Shown: piece by piece, positions 9,739-19,026 of the stretch | How the letters are laid out: every line of letters begins with the position of its first letter | How positions within the stretch are numbered: position 1 is the stretch's first letter | IMG/VR virus record: IMGVR_UViG_3300049811_000081 | Coordinates: 32,001-96,000 of that record | From: a virus | Direction: 5' to 3' (one strand) | Length of the DNA stretch: 64,000 nucleotides | Translations under genes and position numbers: made by a program | The notes under the pieces: generated by a model | Database searches by the model: none | What the model saw: only the letters and a program-made list of their open reading frames with translations | Told to the model about the DNA's origin: nothing

Positions 9739-10023
9739 TTAATAGGTTACCCTTTCTTCATACCCAGCCAAATTAGCTGCGTTAGGCACAATTAACCACG
9801 TTTTGTTTCTACCGTCAGGATAGTTAAAGTCCCGCATTTCGTTTTCGGAAAAGATGTAAGCCGCAGCATCGAAAGGACCGTTTTCAACCACACAAACCAA
9901 ATCCTTTTGGAATGTTAGTGAATTTTGATCAACAATTTTTGCATCACCTTCTTCAATGAGGAATTTGGCTTTCTGTTTTGCGGGGGCTATTTTACCGTTT
10001 ACCTGATTAATGTAGTATCCCAT
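9739..10023 (-). CDS. Conserved-looking phage hypothetical protein
   Basis: VCVVENGPFDAA...DGRxKTW pattern. Confidence 0.65.
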   Translation of the reverse strand: MGYYINQVNGKIAPAKQKAKFLIEEGDAKIVDQNSLTFQKDLVCVVENGPFDAAAYIFSENEMRDFNYPDGRNKTWLIVPNAANLAGYEERVTY

Positions 10024-10028
10024 AATTT

Positions 10029-10316
10029 TTATTTTTTCGTGTGATAATATTTTTTTGATATTGTGTCTCTTTCTTTTTTTATCATAAATGTTTTAAGATC
10101 GAATGTTTCTTTCACATTAATTGTGTATTCAACAAAGTTCCAATCATTTATGGCATACACCAATCCGTTTTTTTTACATTCTTCTGGCGAAAGCGTTACT
10201 TTGGATTCATATTGTTCCAATTTATAACCATTTTTATAAATGGAATACCCATACAAAGAACGGAAAATAAAAAACGTAAAGACGAATACCGCAGAAAAAT
10301 AAATTAATCTTTTCAT
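10029..10316 (-). CDS. Hypothetical membrane-anchored protein
   Basis: N-terminal hydrophobic helix. Confidence 0.6.
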   Translation of the reverse strand: MKRLIYFSAVFVFTFFIFRSLYGYSIYKNGYKLEQYESKVTLSPEECKKNGLVYAINDWNFVEYTINVKETFDLKTFMIKKERDTISKKYYHTKK

Positions 10317-10322
10317 GGTTTG

Positions 10323-11075
10323 TTATTTATATTCACTTTCCCAATTTTTAATTGAAAACTTATCCTTATCGTCAAGCCATATTGCTCTCCAAAATGATGA
10401 GAATGCTGTTATCAAAATAATTGACGTAGCAGTTCCCCAATGATTATGGTTTGTTGCTATGTTAAGTCCTATTGAAAACACAAGACTTGTTAAAATACAC
10501 ATAAAAATAAAGGAGAAAGGATCTCTCATAAACCATCCCTGAATTAGGTTCCACACATTCAAATCATTACCCCATTTATGTACCAATAGGTATTGGTCAT
10601 CATTTATGGAATAAAATAGAATAGGATCCACCGGTTTCGGTTTGTCCTGTAATTTAAATGATTTGGCTGGGGCCAAAATGTAGAATTTGTATTGGTAATC
10701 GTAGCTACCTAAATTTATGTTATTTTCCTTACCAAAATTCTTGATGATTGCAGGTAAGGTCGATTCGATATATCCAGAATACTTATCACTACGCAAGAAC
10801 CTCAAGTGGTATTTTATTGCGATGTCTTTTATTTGATCTTTTGTTAGAACAGGGTTTTTATATTGTTCTATGTGATTTTTTAAAATTGCAGAATTGGATT
10901 TTTTTTCTTCAATTACTTTAATGGATTTATCAATACCCATAGACCTTAGAATTTGTCTATCCTCGGCACTATCCATTTCGAGTAATTTTTGTGCCTCATT
11001 CAAAACCGAGTTGGTTTCTTCGATGTTTGATTCACCCAGTTTTTTGATCTCGTTTTCTAACTTTACTTTAAACAT
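10323..11075 (-). CDS. Hypothetical membrane protein
   Basis: DPILF...HKWGND motif followed by two TM helices. Confidence 0.7.
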   Translation of the reverse strand: MFKVKLENEIKKLGESNIEETNSVLNEAQKLLEMDSAEDRQILRSMGIDKSIKVIEEKKSNSAILKNHIEQYKNPVLTKDQIKDIAIKYHLRFLRSDKYSGYIESTLPAIIKNFGKENNINLGSYDYQYKFYILAPAKSFKLQDKPKPVDPILFYSINDDQYLLVHKWGNDLNVWNLIQGWFMRDPFSFIFMCILTSLVFSIGLNIATNHNHWGTATSIILITAFSSFWRAIWLDDKDKFSIKNWESEYK

Positions 11076-11102
11076 GGTTTTTGGTTTTGGAGTTATTAAA
11101 TG

Positions 11103-11435
11103 TTATTTAGATTTTTCTTCTTCCATGATATATGATTCTAACTCAACTTCACAATCTTTACAAGTAGAATGAACATACTTAATCATACATTCCGCCAATT
11201 CTTGACTTGATGTTTGAAGAATTTTGAAATTCAGTTCTCTAACCAATTTTTTTCCGTCCAATGAATACGTTACCGCCTGCAATATTGCATATGGGTCACC
11301 TTTATAATATATCATATTCCCCACCATAGTAAATCCTTCTATCGAATAACCAGAAAGGGAAGATGGTGTTGAACAAGAAACGCTATTGAATAAGAAAAGA
11401 ATATATGCAAATATTGATATTACCAATTTCTTCAT
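11103..11435 (-). CDS. Putative lipoprotein
   Basis: Signal peptide with VSC lipobox. Confidence 0.55.
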   Translation of the reverse strand: MKKLVISIFAYILFLFNSVSCSTPSSLSGYSIEGFTMVGNMIYYKGDPYAILQAVTYSLDGKKLVRELNFKILQTSSQELAECMIKYVHSTCKDCEVELESYIMEEEKSK

Positions 11436-11458
11436 GGGTATGATTTAAATTTTTATTA

Positions 11459-11644
11459 TTAATCCTCTAAAATTCTTGTTTCGGAATTTGGTATATAGTT
11501 TTTAACCATTTCTACGGTATCCATACACGCTTGTTTGGAACTATATCCTTCGGATACCGATAAAACTTCACCGTTTGGTGCAACTAAACACCAATACCAT
11601 TCTTCCAATTTGTTTTGCTTAACTTCAATAATTAAGTTTCTCAT
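11459..11644 (-). CDS. YegP/DUF1508 family protein
   Basis: WYWxLxAxNGEVLxxSEGYSSKxAC pattern. Confidence 0.8.
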   Translation of the reverse strand: MRNLIIEVKQNKLEEWYWCLVAPNGEVLSVSEGYSSKQACMDTVEMVKNYIPNSETRILED

Positions 11645-11859
11645 TTCTCAATAATTTTTAAAACTGTATCATTTTTTAAAATCGTATCCTTATTAAGGTA
11701 GGAAGAATCTGGAACATTATCAACAGTATCTTTTATTTCAGAATGATCTTCCCAAACGGTTGGGTTTGTATTCTTTTGTAAGTAATAAGTTAAAACGGAA
11801 AAGAAAATAACAAAAAGAAATCCTATTAAAGCCAATTTTAGGGGATTAGTTTTTTTCAT
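11641..11859 (-). CDS. Hypothetical membrane protein
   Basis: Single TM helix. Confidence 0.6.
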   Translation of the reverse strand: MKKTNPLKLALIGFLFVIFFSVLTYYLQKNTNPTVWEDHSEIKDTVDNVPDSSYLNKDTILKNDTVLKIIEK

Positions 11860-11877
11860 TGTTATTTTATTTATGGA

Positions 11878-12177
11878 TTACTTATAATGTTTTATAGCAT
11901 TTTCCTCCGTTTCTTCTCCAATGAAAATAAAATCGACGGGTTGATCTTTCCCGTGATACTTCATACCGTCCCAAATACCATCACTATCCCTGTAGATGAT
12001 ATTATATTCACGAGCATCGATACCTTCTTTTTTTTCAATCTCTTCAATGACACCCTCAGCATTGTTTGTTACTGACATAAAAACTCCACCAAGATCAACG
12101 ATAGATATGATTTTGAGTTTTTCTTTGACTTTGTAATCGTAATTCGATTTAAACATGAGTTTGTTGTTTAAGATCAA
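11878..12177 (-). CDS. Hypothetical phage protein (SVTNxAE...YRDSDGxWD)
   Basis: ORF track; start may be ATG at 12156. Confidence 0.7.
   Translation of the reverse strand: MILNNKLMFKSNYDYKVKEKLKIISIVDLGGVFMSVTNNAEGVIEEIEKKEGIDAREYNIIYRDSDGIWDGMKYHGKDQPVDFIFIGEETEENAIKHYK
11997..12026. repeat. 30-bp direct repeat, copy 1
   Basis: TGATATTATATTCACGAGCATCGATACCTT; 29/30 identical to 13419..13448. Confidence 0.9.
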
Positions 12178-12179
12178 AT

Positions 12180-12857
12180 TTATAATAAAGTTATGATATT
12201 ACCAAAAGAAGTTAGATATTCATAATTACCATCAGTTGAGCAAGCCGCGTTCGAGAATATAACATCAGATCCGTGTGTTCCAAATCCTTGATTTATGACA
12301 TCAGAGACATTATGTATATGACCGAAACAAACCAACTTTAAATTTTGTAGTTTATTAATTCTTTTACCCAACGATCTATCTCCACACATTTCCAAATTGT
12401 TTTTTCGATCATAAGACAAATCCCTAATTCCTTTTGGTGGTCCGTGGAGAATTAATATTTCCGTATCGTCAGGTATGGTCTCCCAAAGTAAATGGGTCTT
12501 TGCCCTGTCTTTCATAAATGCCCAATTACCGAATGTTGGTGTTATTGGAGAAGCCCATATCTTATACCCGTTTATTGTTGTGGTTTCATTTTCCAAATAG
12601 ATGATCCCATTATCTTGGAAGGTTTTTTTATTGATCATTCTTCTTTCCACACTGGTGTCATGATTACCAGCAACAAATACTTTAATTGGTATATCCAAAT
12701 TTTTATACCAATCAATGAATTCAATCATTTCATTGTTATTGATCCCACCATCCCTATCATTGGTGGCATCTCCACTATGAAAAACAACATCAGCCTTAGG
12801 TATCTGTGTTATTTGTTTGTGTAAACAATGGGTATCACTAATGTGCCAAATAATCAT
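12180..12857 (-). CDS. Calcineurin-like metallophosphoesterase
   Basis: SDTH, HSGD, GNHD, HGPP and GHIH motifs. Confidence 0.9.
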   Translation of the reverse strand: MIIWHISDTHCLHKQITQIPKADVVFHSGDATNDRDGGINNNEMIEFIDWYKNLDIPIKVFVAGNHDTSVERRMINKKTFQDNGIIYLENETTTINGYKIWASPITPTFGNWAFMKDRAKTHLLWETIPDDTEILILHGPPKGIRDLSYDRKNNLEMCGDRSLGKRINKLQNLKLVCFGHIHNVSDVINQGFGTHGSDVIFSNAACSTDGNYEYLTSFGNIITLL

Positions 12858-13231
12858 TACAAACTATTGGTTCTATGGTATTGAAATTCGATTACGGTAA
12901 CGATTTCATTCGCATTAAAATTGTTACCATAAACATTACTCATTTCTTCAAATAACCCCTCAATTGTTTTACAATTATCGTCATGTTCTTTTTCTAAAAG
13001 TTCTGGAGGGATGTCCTTAAATTTATATACCTTAACATCCAAAACCCTGATAAATCCATCATAAAAGGGAACCAACCCTTCCGGTTTATTTGTTGATGTT
13101 GTAAAAACAATATCACCAACTTCTAAATCAGCCCATTTCACACCCCTTCTTACGGTTATTTGAGCTTCTCTTTCTCTCAAATTAAAATTACTGAAATAGA
13201 GTATGTTTTTATGTACTCCCATATTAATCAA
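12857..13231 (-). CDS. ASCH/PUA-like domain protein
   Basis: ITVRRG...VGD...Y...VTVIEF pattern. Confidence 0.65.
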   Translation of the reverse strand: MINMGVHKNILYFSNFNLREREAQITVRRGVKWADLEVGDIVFTTSTNKPEGLVPFYDGFIRVLDVKVYKFKDIPPELLEKEHDDNCKTIEGLFEEMSNVYGNNFNANEIVTVIEFQYHRTNSL

Positions 13232-13614
13232 ATTTGTGTAATATTGAATACTATCTTATTCTTTTCTTTCTTTTCATGACTGATGACATTACCACTTGTT
13301 GATAGATTATTATCTTTATGTGGTTCGGGGGTGTTGGATCCAGGTGTTACCCCAATTGGTCCAGAAACTCCTTTATGTCCCTCAATACCCTTATGTCCCT
13401 CAATACCTTTTTTATATGTGATATTATATTCACGAGCATCTATACCTTGCATTCCCGGAAGATGACCAAATTCTTTTTTTACAGATTTTTTTAATTTTTG
13501 GAGATCTCTTTTTACTTCCTCAGTCAATTTTTTGTGCAAATTTTTTGTATCATCCTTAAGTTTGTCTCTCCTCAATTTCTCTCTTTCTAAAAATCTTGCA
13601 ATTTCTGGGTTCAT
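13228..13614 (-). CDS. Hypothetical protein with short Gly-X-Y tract
   Basis: KGIEGHKGIEGHKGVSGPIG; 18-bp tandem duplication near 13371-13408. Confidence 0.6.
   Translation of the reverse strand: MNPEIARFLEREKLRRDKLKDDTKNLHKKLTEEVKRDLQKLKKSVKKEFGHLPGMQGIDAREYNITYKKGIEGHKGIEGHKGVSGPIGVTPGSNTPEPHKDNNLSTSGNVISHEKKEKNKIVFNITQI
13419..13448. repeat. 30-bp direct repeat, copy 2
   Basis: TGATATTATATTCACGAGCATCTATACCTT. Confidence 0.9.
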
Positions 13615-13633
13615 GGTATAAAATTAAAGTTAA

Positions 13634-13654
13634 GGGGGAGGGTTTACCTCCCCC
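13634..13654 (-). terminator. Intrinsic terminator
   Basis: GGGGGAGG/CCTCCCCC stem just downstream of 13661..14476. Confidence 0.7.
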
Positions 13655-13660
13655 ATATTT

Positions 13661-14476
13661 TTAATAAGGTATGTTTGTCCAAACACCATTGACTTGTCGT
13701 TCCCTTATCCAAGCACCTGTTTTGTACAATGTAAACCGAACAGTAGTATTCACACCATTCAATAATACCGTTCTTGTAAACCTGTAAAACCTTAATGATG
13801 GATCATCCTTTAATCTTTCATGTGGGGGTGCTGCACCAAATGTTGCTCTATATACCGTTGTACTATCGGGTGCCATGAATTTACCACCCTCTTCAGATAA
13901 CATCAAGACAAATTTTGTGGGGCTTGTATTCCAATCAAAATTACAGGTATCCCGATAAACAATATTTGTGCTCGGAGGTGGTATAACACCTTGTTCAAAA
14001 ATTATTGGTTCAACGTAGTAATTCGATTGTTGATATGTACTTGTTGGAAACGCGGGAGTTGCCCCATATTTGTAATAGCTGTTGGTTGCGTTATACAAAC
14101 TAAATTCCTTTGGGAAAAACCCGGCAACGATGTAGTAATTACCGGGAGTATGATATGAAACCACATAAGACTGACCCGGTTGCACATCAACAGGAGTTAA
14201 AAAAAACGCATCAACCCAACCAGCGGCGGTCGTTTCAGGAAAAGTTACCGAAGACAGTAATGTTCCAGAACTACTCCATAATTGACCGGTGGTGTTTCCA
14301 AACCAGGATTTATATAACCGTATTCCCGTAACCTTAGATGGAACCTTTGGGGAGAACTCCATAGATAAGGTTACACCTTCTCCATCATTTTTGGGTTCGC
14401 TCGATGGGGAGGGTAATTCTTGTCCTAATGTTGATAGACAAAACAATAATGCCAAAATTGATAACAACTTTTTCAT
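13661..14476 (-). CDS. Secreted DUF4082-domain protein
   Basis: Signal peptide ending TLG-Q; VTGIRLYK...GQLWSSSG...YVVSY...FPTSTY..SNYYV pattern. Confidence 0.75.
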   Translation of the reverse strand: MKKLLSILALLFCLSTLGQELPSPSSEPKNDGEGVTLSMEFSPKVPSKVTGIRLYKSWFGNTTGQLWSSSGTLLSSVTFPETTAAGWVDAFFLTPVDVQPGQSYVVSYHTPGNYYIVAGFFPKEFSLYNATNSYYKYGATPAFPTSTYQQSNYYVEPIIFEQGVIPPPSTNIVYRDTCNFDWNTSPTKFVLMLSEEGGKFMAPDSTTVYRATFGAAPPHERLKDDPSLRFYRFTRTVLLNGVNTTVRFTLYKTGAWIRERQVNGVWTNIPY

Positions 14477-14550
14477 AGTTTTTGGTTTTTAATTTAAGAT
14501 CGAATTTAAGTACAAATTTTTAAAACCGTAAATAAAAAAATTAATTCGTT

Positions 14551-14961
14551 TTATTGATCGGAGGATACCATTAGATAGGGGTGTTCACAAACGTTACCAA
14601 TAACCTCACATTCTTTCTCCCATCCATATAAATCATCACCACAGTCTCCCATGACATATTTACCGTTTTCAAAAGTGACGGTACTAAGATCTTCATCGGA
14701 ACTAAACCTTAATATGTCCCCCTCATATATCTCATTTCCATTTTTATCAAGTAATCCAGAAAATTGATGCATTTCTTTAAATCGAATTGCTGGAACCAAC
14801 ATTTCAGCATAATTACCTCCCGAACCCAAAAATCCCGAACCGGTACTTTTTTCACATTTATGCCAACTCTTCGAAATAACGAAATCCCATTGCCATGGAA
14901 TGACACCATAATGCATTTTTTCACCATCCCATGCTCTGAATTTGTATTGATCGTATTTCAT
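14551..14961 (-). CDS. YopX family protein
   Basis: KFRAWD...QFSGLLDKNGNEIYEGDIL...EVIGNVCE. Confidence 0.88.
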   Translation of the reverse strand: MKYDQYKFRAWDGEKMHYGVIPWQWDFVISKSWHKCEKSTGSGFLGSGGNYAEMLVPAIRFKEMHQFSGLLDKNGNEIYEGDILRFSSDEDLSTVTFENGKYVMGDCGDDLYGWEKECEVIGNVCEHPYLMVSSDQ

Positions 14962-15317
14962 GATAACAGTTCTTTATTTTCAAAAATATTACCGAGAACA
15001 ACAACATTTCGTTTATCGAAGTCTTCGGTTATGTCATGGATTGAACCATCGGTATTTTCAACGTAGTAACGAGCAAGTTTTTCTGACCACTTAATGATGT
15101 ATTTATGATCATTTATCATCAATATATCATTCTCATATATGTCTTGTCCGTCACCATCATTTAATCCTGTATAACTCATTAAAACATCACCATGATCCAA
15201 TGGATATATTTCACCAAAGAAATCCGATAAACCTCCTGTGTCCTCATTTTCGTAATGCCAAGAGTTGATCATTTCTTCTAGGTTATCCAACCAAACTCTG
15301 AATTTAAGTTCTCTCAT
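14958..15317 (-). CDS. YopX family protein (tandem paralog)
   Basis: MRELKFRVW...YTGLNDxDGQDIYENDIL...VLGNIFEN; start moved to ATG 15317. Confidence 0.88.
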   Translation of the reverse strand: MRELKFRVWLDNLEEMINSWHYENEDTGGLSDFFGEIYPLDHGDVLMSYTGLNDGDGQDIYENDILMINDHKYIIKWSEKLARYYVENTDGSIHDITEDFDKRNVVVLGNIFENKELLS

Positions 15318-15340
15318 TTTGTATTTTTTTAATGTTGTGT

Positions 15341-15682
15341 TTAATCGTATAACCACCTATTGATGATAAGTTTATTTCCTCTCTTTGTCTTAGGTCTAAC
15401 ACCATCTTCGGACATAACCAATTCAATTTGTTTTGCTGTCAATGCATCGAATTCCAACATTTTAAATGTGGGAATTCCTTTAAATTTTTTTGTTGAGGCG
15501 ACAATTTTAAATTGATTGGGGAGATCATAATCATTTAAATTATCTATTTGCCACAAAGAATATGTCCCGTCCACCAATCTTTCAACACATATAATGGGAA
15601 AATTTTCTTCCATTGTTAAATGGTCATCAATAATGACATAAAAATCATCTACCTTAACAAATTTAAATTTCTTTAAAATCAT
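15341..15682 (-). CDS. Hypothetical protein
   Basis: ORF; layout weakly resembles 18335..19024. Confidence 0.6.
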   Translation of the reverse strand: MILKKFKFVKVDDFYVIIDDHLTMEENFPIICVERLVDGTYSLWQIDNLNDYDLPNQFKIVASTKKFKGIPTFKMLEFDALTAKQIELVMSEDGVRPKTKRGNKLIINRWLYD

Positions 15683-15685
15683 AAA

Positions 15686-15892
15686 TTACTCGGTGGCTTT
15701 TAACGCAATATCAATTTTTAATAATAGACTTTCCGTGGTGCGTAACATGGTTTGTAAAACACCCCTGATTTCTGTTATTTTTTTCCCCTCTTCTCCGTGT
15801 GTGTAGTCTTCAATCATCATTAAATCAAAATCGGCATCGTCGATTAATTCGCGAGCATCCATTAGTTTTTGTTTTATAGTTTTTGTTGCCAT
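15686..15892 (-). CDS. Hypothetical protein
   Basis: ORF in packed run. Confidence 0.6.
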   Translation of the reverse strand: MATKTIKQKLMDARELIDDADFDLMMIEDYTHGEEGKKITEIRGVLQTMLRTTESLLLKIDIALKATE

Positions 15893-15894
15893 AA

Positions 15895-16359
15895 TTAAAG
15901 GTTCATGTCGCTAACAGTATTTTTGAAAATATTCACCAACTGATCGGATAGTTTAAACCTATCTTTATTAAATTCAATAGATTTGGTTATACTACCATCC
16001 TTCGTCCTTTCTGATGCCGCTTTCCAATCAAAAAACATTTCAACAATATCCATTAAATTCATTCCATCAACACCATCATTACCATAATGTTGGGGGTGGT
16101 GTGAATTATATTCGTAGTGATGATTTAAAGCAACATCCAATTCTTTTAAACATTCTTTGTATTCATCACTACCATATTCCAAGTCTTTTAATTTTGGTGT
16201 TAACTTGTCAAATAATTCTTTTTCCGGATAACGTAATTTACTGTCATCATGTCTGATTGATCTATCGATGATCTCCTTTGCAAATTTTAATAAGAGCTCA
16301 TTAACTCTCCTGATATGTATTAACGTTTCTGCGGTAGAATCGTATTGATTTGTATCCAT
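15895..16359 (-). CDS. HD-like DUF5662 family protein
   Basis: HI, HDxSKL, HHYxxNxHHP and EMxxDWxAA motifs. Confidence 0.75.
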   Translation of the reverse strand: MDTNQYDSTAETLIHIRRVNELLLKFAKEIIDRSIRHDDSKLRYPEKELFDKLTPKLKDLEYGSDEYKECLKELDVALNHHYEYNSHHPQHYGNDGVDGMNLMDIVEMFFDWKAASERTKDGSITKSIEFNKDRFKLSDQLVNIFKNTVSDMNL

Positions 16360-16363
16360 TTTT

Positions 16364-16579
16364 TTAAATATTATCGGTGAATTTGTTTTTAGGAGTTTTA
16401 GTTAGATCCTGAACTCTGACATCACGAATTTTTTTAACCTTATCCTCCATTTCTTTCTTTTTGTTTCTTATCTTATCGAAGAACTCGTTGACCTTCTTTA
16501 GTTCTTCGTCAGTTACTTCAATAACCTTTTCAGATTTCACCTCTCCGTTTGAATATGATCTCATTATTATCTTGTTCAT
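16364..16579 (-). CDS. Hypothetical protein
   Basis: ORF in packed run. Confidence 0.55.
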   Translation of the reverse strand: MNKIIMRSYSNGEVKSEKVIEVTDEELKKVNEFFDKIRNKKKEMEDKVKKIRDVRVQDLTKTPKNKFTDNI

Positions 16580-16590
16580 ATGTTTTGTTT

Positions 16591-17106
16591 TTAAACAATA
16601 AATCCTCGATGTTCATTTAATGTAATCAATTCCCCACTTTTCTGATATATCTGATTGGCTCTATGTGACATAACCACATTAATAGCCGCAGATAGATTTA
16701 AACAATGTGCGGTGGGTATTTGAACAAATCGATGACAATGTTGTAAAATTGTTGAGGGTATTCCACCGTCTTCGGGTCCAAAAATGTAGAATGCATTTTC
16801 AGGATGTTCAAAATCAAATAAGTTTTCAGAATTTTCAACCAATTCTATCGCCACCGGAACATATCCCTTAAATTCATCTTTAAACTTTTCTGACTTACTT
16901 AGTTCAACATCCTTATATCCCTTCATTCTTTCTTCCCTTGGCATACGATATTCCCTGAATTCTTCCGAATTCATCCAATCCTTGGGGAGAGGAACTCTAT
17001 TACCACTCCAAATTAATTTTGGGATCCTCCAACAAGATGCAGAACGGATTGCTGCCCCAACATTATGGGGAAATTTTGGATTATATAATGCAATTGCTGT
17101 TGACAT
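16591..17106 (-). CDS. SpoU/TrmH-family SPOUT RNA methyltransferase
   Basis: PxNVGAAIRSA, FGPEDGGI and CLNLSAA motifs. Confidence 0.88.
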   Translation of the reverse strand: MSTAIALYNPKFPHNVGAAIRSASCWRIPKLIWSGNRVPLPKDWMNSEEFREYRMPREERMKGYKDVELSKSEKFKDEFKGYVPVAIELVENSENLFDFEHPENAFYIFGPEDGGIPSTILQHCHRFVQIPTAHCLNLSAAINVVMSHRANQIYQKSGELITLNEHRGFIV

Positions 17107-17111
17107 AATGT

Positions 17112-17576
17112 TTATCGGTTAAACCAAATTATGGTATCAAAATCAGTTCTGATTGATTTATGTTTAACATCACTCGGATATATGTCTATGTCCGATTCCA
17201 TGTTGTTCTTAACGTATCTTCCAAATCCATCATAATCAATAAATGATCCGTCTTCACAACACTCAATGAATTCATCCAATTTCATGACATCACCAAAGGT
17301 CGATAATTCACTAAAAATTGGTTTTTTTACCAATCGATATGCTCGACTTTTTATCGCAACTTTAGTGTTTACCTCTCTCATGAAATCATTGATTTCTTTA
17401 TAGTCTAAAAATCTGTCAATGGGTAACTCATCAAATCTTTTACTTTGTTCTTCGGACGCTTGCTCATATTCCCATTCCAACCTGTTAATATATAAATCAG
17501 TTCCTTTAGCCCAAGCAACATCAGTTGGAATACAGCCCCAAATATCTAAACACACTCTTTTGTATTCCTTATCCAA
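17112..17576 (-). CDS. Hypothetical phage protein (FIDYDGxG motif)
   Basis: ORF track; TTG start uncertain. Confidence 0.65.
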   Translation of the reverse strand: MDKEYKRVCLDIWGCIPTDVAWAKGTDLYINRLEWEYEQASEEQSKRFDELPIDRFLDYKEINDFMREVNTKVAIKSRAYRLVKKPIFSELSTFGDVMKLDEFIECCEDGSFIDYDGFGRYVKNNMESDIDIYPSDVKHKSIRTDFDTIIWFNR

Positions 17577-17580
17577 CTAA

Positions 17581-17805
17581 TTAAGATTTGATGTATCTAC
17601 GGATGATTTCGTCCTTTAAGATCTCTACCGCAACTCTATGGCAATCCATTGTATTGACATGAAGTTCTTCTGAAACTTTATCTCTAAAAGACATCAAAAA
17701 TCCTTTTTCTAATTCACCTGTTGAATGATATTCTATGAGTTCTTTTCCCATTTCTTTCAATGTGATGTCATCGAGCCCCTTCAAATAATCCAAATAGTGT
17801 AACAT
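17581..17805 (-). CDS. Hypothetical protein
   Basis: ORF in packed run. Confidence 0.6.
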   Translation of the reverse strand: MLHYLDYLKGLDDITLKEMGKELIEYHSTGELEKGFLMSFRDKVSEELHVNTMDCHRVAVEILKDEIIRRYIKS

Positions 17806-17812
17806 TTTATTA

Positions 17813-18151
17813 CTATTTTACGATTGTGACATTGGTACTAATATAAGTAATTTTTTCGGTTTTTTTTAACCTAACATACCCGTGGACGTACTTTTTTTTC
17901 TTTTTGCTAAAGAATTGCGTTTCTTCCGAAATGTGATCGTCAATAACGGTATCCAATACTTTGGGGTCATATTCCCTGTTATAAAAGAATTCATATTTTA
18001 CTTTTTCACATTCAACAACGTAAAAACCATCCATACGTTTATAGATGATACCATTTACGTGATGATTAAACCTTCTGTGTAAAATCATATCAACCTCAAC
18101 ACCACACTCAGAATGATCAATTCCTGCCTCTTTAAATTCAATTTTATCCAT
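17813..18151 (-). CDS. Hypothetical protein
   Basis: ORF in packed run. Confidence 0.6.
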   Translation of the reverse strand: MDKIEFKEAGIDHSECGVEVDMILHRRFNHHVNGIIYKRMDGFYVVECEKVKYEFFYNREYDPKVLDTVIDDHISEETQFFSKKKKKYVHGYVRLKKTEKITYISTNVTIVK

Positions 18152-18161
18152 AGATTTATTT

Positions 18162-18338
18162 TTACGCGATTAATAACAGGTAAGATAAAATCGATACTAT
18201 TGATATCATCTGATACACGGTTAACCACACAAGTCTTACACCATCTCTATTCGTTAATTTTTCCAACTCCACAAAATATCTTCTGTATGTTGAGAACAAT
18301 CCATAAAAGGGAATGAAATCGGTAATTCGATATTTCAT
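18162..18338 (-). CDS. Small membrane protein (58 aa, not in ORF track)
   Basis: Manual translation MKYRITDFIPFYGLFSTY...VSILSYLLLIA; fills the gap; ATGA overlap with the upstream gene. Confidence 0.6.
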   Translation of the reverse strand: MKYRITDFIPFYGLFSTYRRYFVELEKLTNRDGVRLVWLTVYQMISIVSILSYLLLIA

Positions 18339-19024
18339 AATAATTTAATTATTTTAACTTTACCATTGGTAAACTTAGGTTGTAGGGTTACATGTCTTGT
18401 TAAACCTTTTCCACCAATTTCATCAAGGGGTCTCAATCCACCTGAAATAACAGATTGGGTTTGTTCCATTTCCAATTCCACTTCCCATGATTTGGGTTGA
18501 GATAGAAATTTGAATTTATTTTCAAGTTCTTCAGTAATATTTGTTATAGATAATCCACTCGATCTTTTACCTTCTGCCATTAATGCTGACCAAGCCATTA
18601 ATTGTTTTATATCCTCCAACGTAAACATTCTATCTGTAAGTTCTTGTGCTTTTTGAAAGCCTTTTTGGTAGTTATTGAAATGGTCATTTTTATTAGTTTC
18701 ACCAAAACTTATGGTCTTGGTATCTTCTAGCCAATACTTCTCAACATCAAACCACCCAATCTCTTTAAGTTTATCTTCGGGTATATCTTCTGAAAAAGTA
18801 ATTTGGTCTTGTTGAGCAATTACTTTTACTACACTACTTCTTAAATTATATGGACCATAATCAATTATCTTATCATTATGACCATCTACTTTAATTATAT
18901 CAGTAACTTCTCTTATATTGGCAGGTAACCCATTTGAATAAAAATCTAATCTTTTATCACCAATTATTATTTCTTCATCAGAAACAACAACAAAACCCCC
19001 TTTCAGTTTATACAATCTATACAT
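18335..19024 (-). CDS. Hypothetical phage protein
   Basis: ORF track; YxKGFQKA...FTLEDI motif. Confidence 0.65.
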   Translation of the reverse strand: MYRLYKLKGGFVVVSDEEIIIGDKRLDFYSNGLPANIREVTDIIKVDGHNDKIIDYGPYNLRSSVVKVIAQQDQITFSEDIPEDKLKEIGWFDVEKYWLEDTKTISFGETNKNDHFNNYQKGFQKAQELTDRMFTLEDIKQLMAWSALMAEGKRSSGLSITNITEELENKFKFLSQPKSWEVELEMEQTQSVISGGLRPLDEIGGKGLTRHVTLQPKFTNGKVKIIKLL

Positions 19025-19026
19025 AT

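Noticed and set aside
13350-13410. Collagen-like tail fibre
   Set aside because: Only about six Gly-X-Y triplets, partly from one 18-bp duplication; too short to support the call.
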